A stretch of 63,820 bases of DNA, filler included, from Sphacelaria rigidula (lineage: Eukaryota): the NCBI GenBank assembly GCA_964200075.2. It is 6 parts of 6 records of this genome, joined end to end, with 100 filler letters (N's around TTAATTAATTAA, not from the genome) between each part and the next. Parts side by side here need not be neighbours in the genome. Positions count along the whole stretch, not along the records: positions 53,270 to 63,820 come from CAXNAA020006289.1; 5 more parts are not named here. One strand, written 5' to 3'. Below the pieces are notes generated by a model, which worked only from the letters and a program-made list of their open reading frames with translations, made no database searches and was not told the DNA's origin. Position 1 is the stretch's first letter; each line of letters opens with the position of its first letter. Position numbers and translations under genes: made by a program. Below are positions 63,755-63,820 of the stretch, one piece after another.

Positions 63755-63820
63755 CGCGCCCAACCCCCCCCCCCCCCCCCCCCCCCCGTGGGGGGGGCGG
63801 GGGAGGTTCAGTTGTATTTC

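Noticed and set aside
1..63820. CRISPR array, rRNA genes or a prokaryote-style defence operon
   Set aside because: No regularly spaced direct repeats, no rRNA signatures, and the host genes found are all spliced eukaryotic genes on separate contigs.

Overview
Eukaryotic, intron-rich and repeat-rich DNA. From gene structure and repeat content I infer a stramenopile, most likely a brown alga. The window is not one locus. It is six contigs of 10555, 10554, 10554, 10553, 10553 and 10551 bp, apparently sorted by length and joined by identical 100-bp N44-TTAATTAATTAA-N44 spacers, so adjacency across spacers is meaningless. Contig 1: 3' part of a mitochondrial-carrier-like gene, a degenerate Gypsy integrase with chromo-like plus Tudor-like tail, and the 5' part of a Copia-type element. 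Contig 2: internal exons of an RCC1-repeat/BTB protein, probably with a GC-AG intron. Contig 3: three exons of a Deg1-like serine protease plus several palindromic elements. Contig 4: a decayed chromodomain-bearing Gypsy pol and a metallo-beta-lactamase-fold hydrolase gene. Contig 5: a large low-complexity hypothetical protein with a possible split PDZ domain. Contig 6: a class 3 (DAG-lipase-like) lipase. Two tRNA-derived SINE-like families, microsatellite-tailed retroposon ends and MITE-like foldbacks fill the introns. I found no convincing new multi-gene system. The best leads are the double chromatin-reader integrase tail, a duplicated RNA structure in that element's 3' region, and the intron-bearing, bacterial-like MBL hydrolase. 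All gene models were spliced by eye and no searches were run.
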